Shown: in pieces, positions 63,961 through 64,000 of the stretch
How positions within the stretch are numbered: the first letter of the stretch is position 1
How the letters are laid out: the number at the start of each line of letters is the position of its first letter
Assembly: GCF_020745735.1 (NCBI RefSeq)
Contig: NC_083417.1
Coordinates: forward strand, 27,032,001 to 27,096,000
Direction of reading: 5' to 3'
DNA length: 64,000 nt
DNA from: Hemiscyllium ocellatum
Lineage: Eukaryota
Position numbers and translations under genes: made by a program
Notes under the pieces: generated by a model
The model's input: only the letters and a program-made list of their open reading frames with translations
Databases searched by the model: none
Told to the model about the DNA's origin: nothing

Positions 63961-64000
63961 GTGCCTGGATGTAGTTTTCCAGCTAAGTTGTTGAAGAATT

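Noticed and set aside
1-64000. CRISPR arrays, prokaryotic operons, true tRNA or rRNA genes
   Set aside because: No regularly spaced repeat-spacer array. The tRNA-like A/B boxes belong to SINE heads, and the sequence is vertebrate intron/exon DNA.

Overview
Eukaryotic genomic DNA, almost certainly from a cartilaginous fish (shark; inferred from an HE1/V-type SINE, a Deu-domain SINE and the LINE repertoire). The whole window lies inside one large + strand gene. I can read eight coding exons with canonical AG/GT ends and compatible phases (1391-1544, 3618-3785, 18736-18903, 23449-23616, 29915-30082, 36908-37075, 56147-56256, 59116-59190). They encode a long coiled coil whose last part resembles PMFBP1; start and stop codons are outside the window. 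Five consecutive exons are each exactly 168 nt, phase 0-0, and encode two 28-residue repeats. Introns are packed with decayed CR1-group, RTE and Rex1/Babar LINEs, tRNA-derived SINEs, two TA-flanked Tc1/mariner-type MITEs, probable solo LTRs and Penelope-like elements (PLEs). The most notable signal is about 19 copies of a minimal hammerhead-ribozyme motif carried by PLE ends. These include tiny fold-back insertions with 12-16 bp target-site duplications, a retrozyme-like two-ribozyme mini-element, and one copy with an apparently compensated U3-A8 catalytic core. Most ORFs in the supplied track are TE fragments or noise. Family names are from recognition, not database searches.
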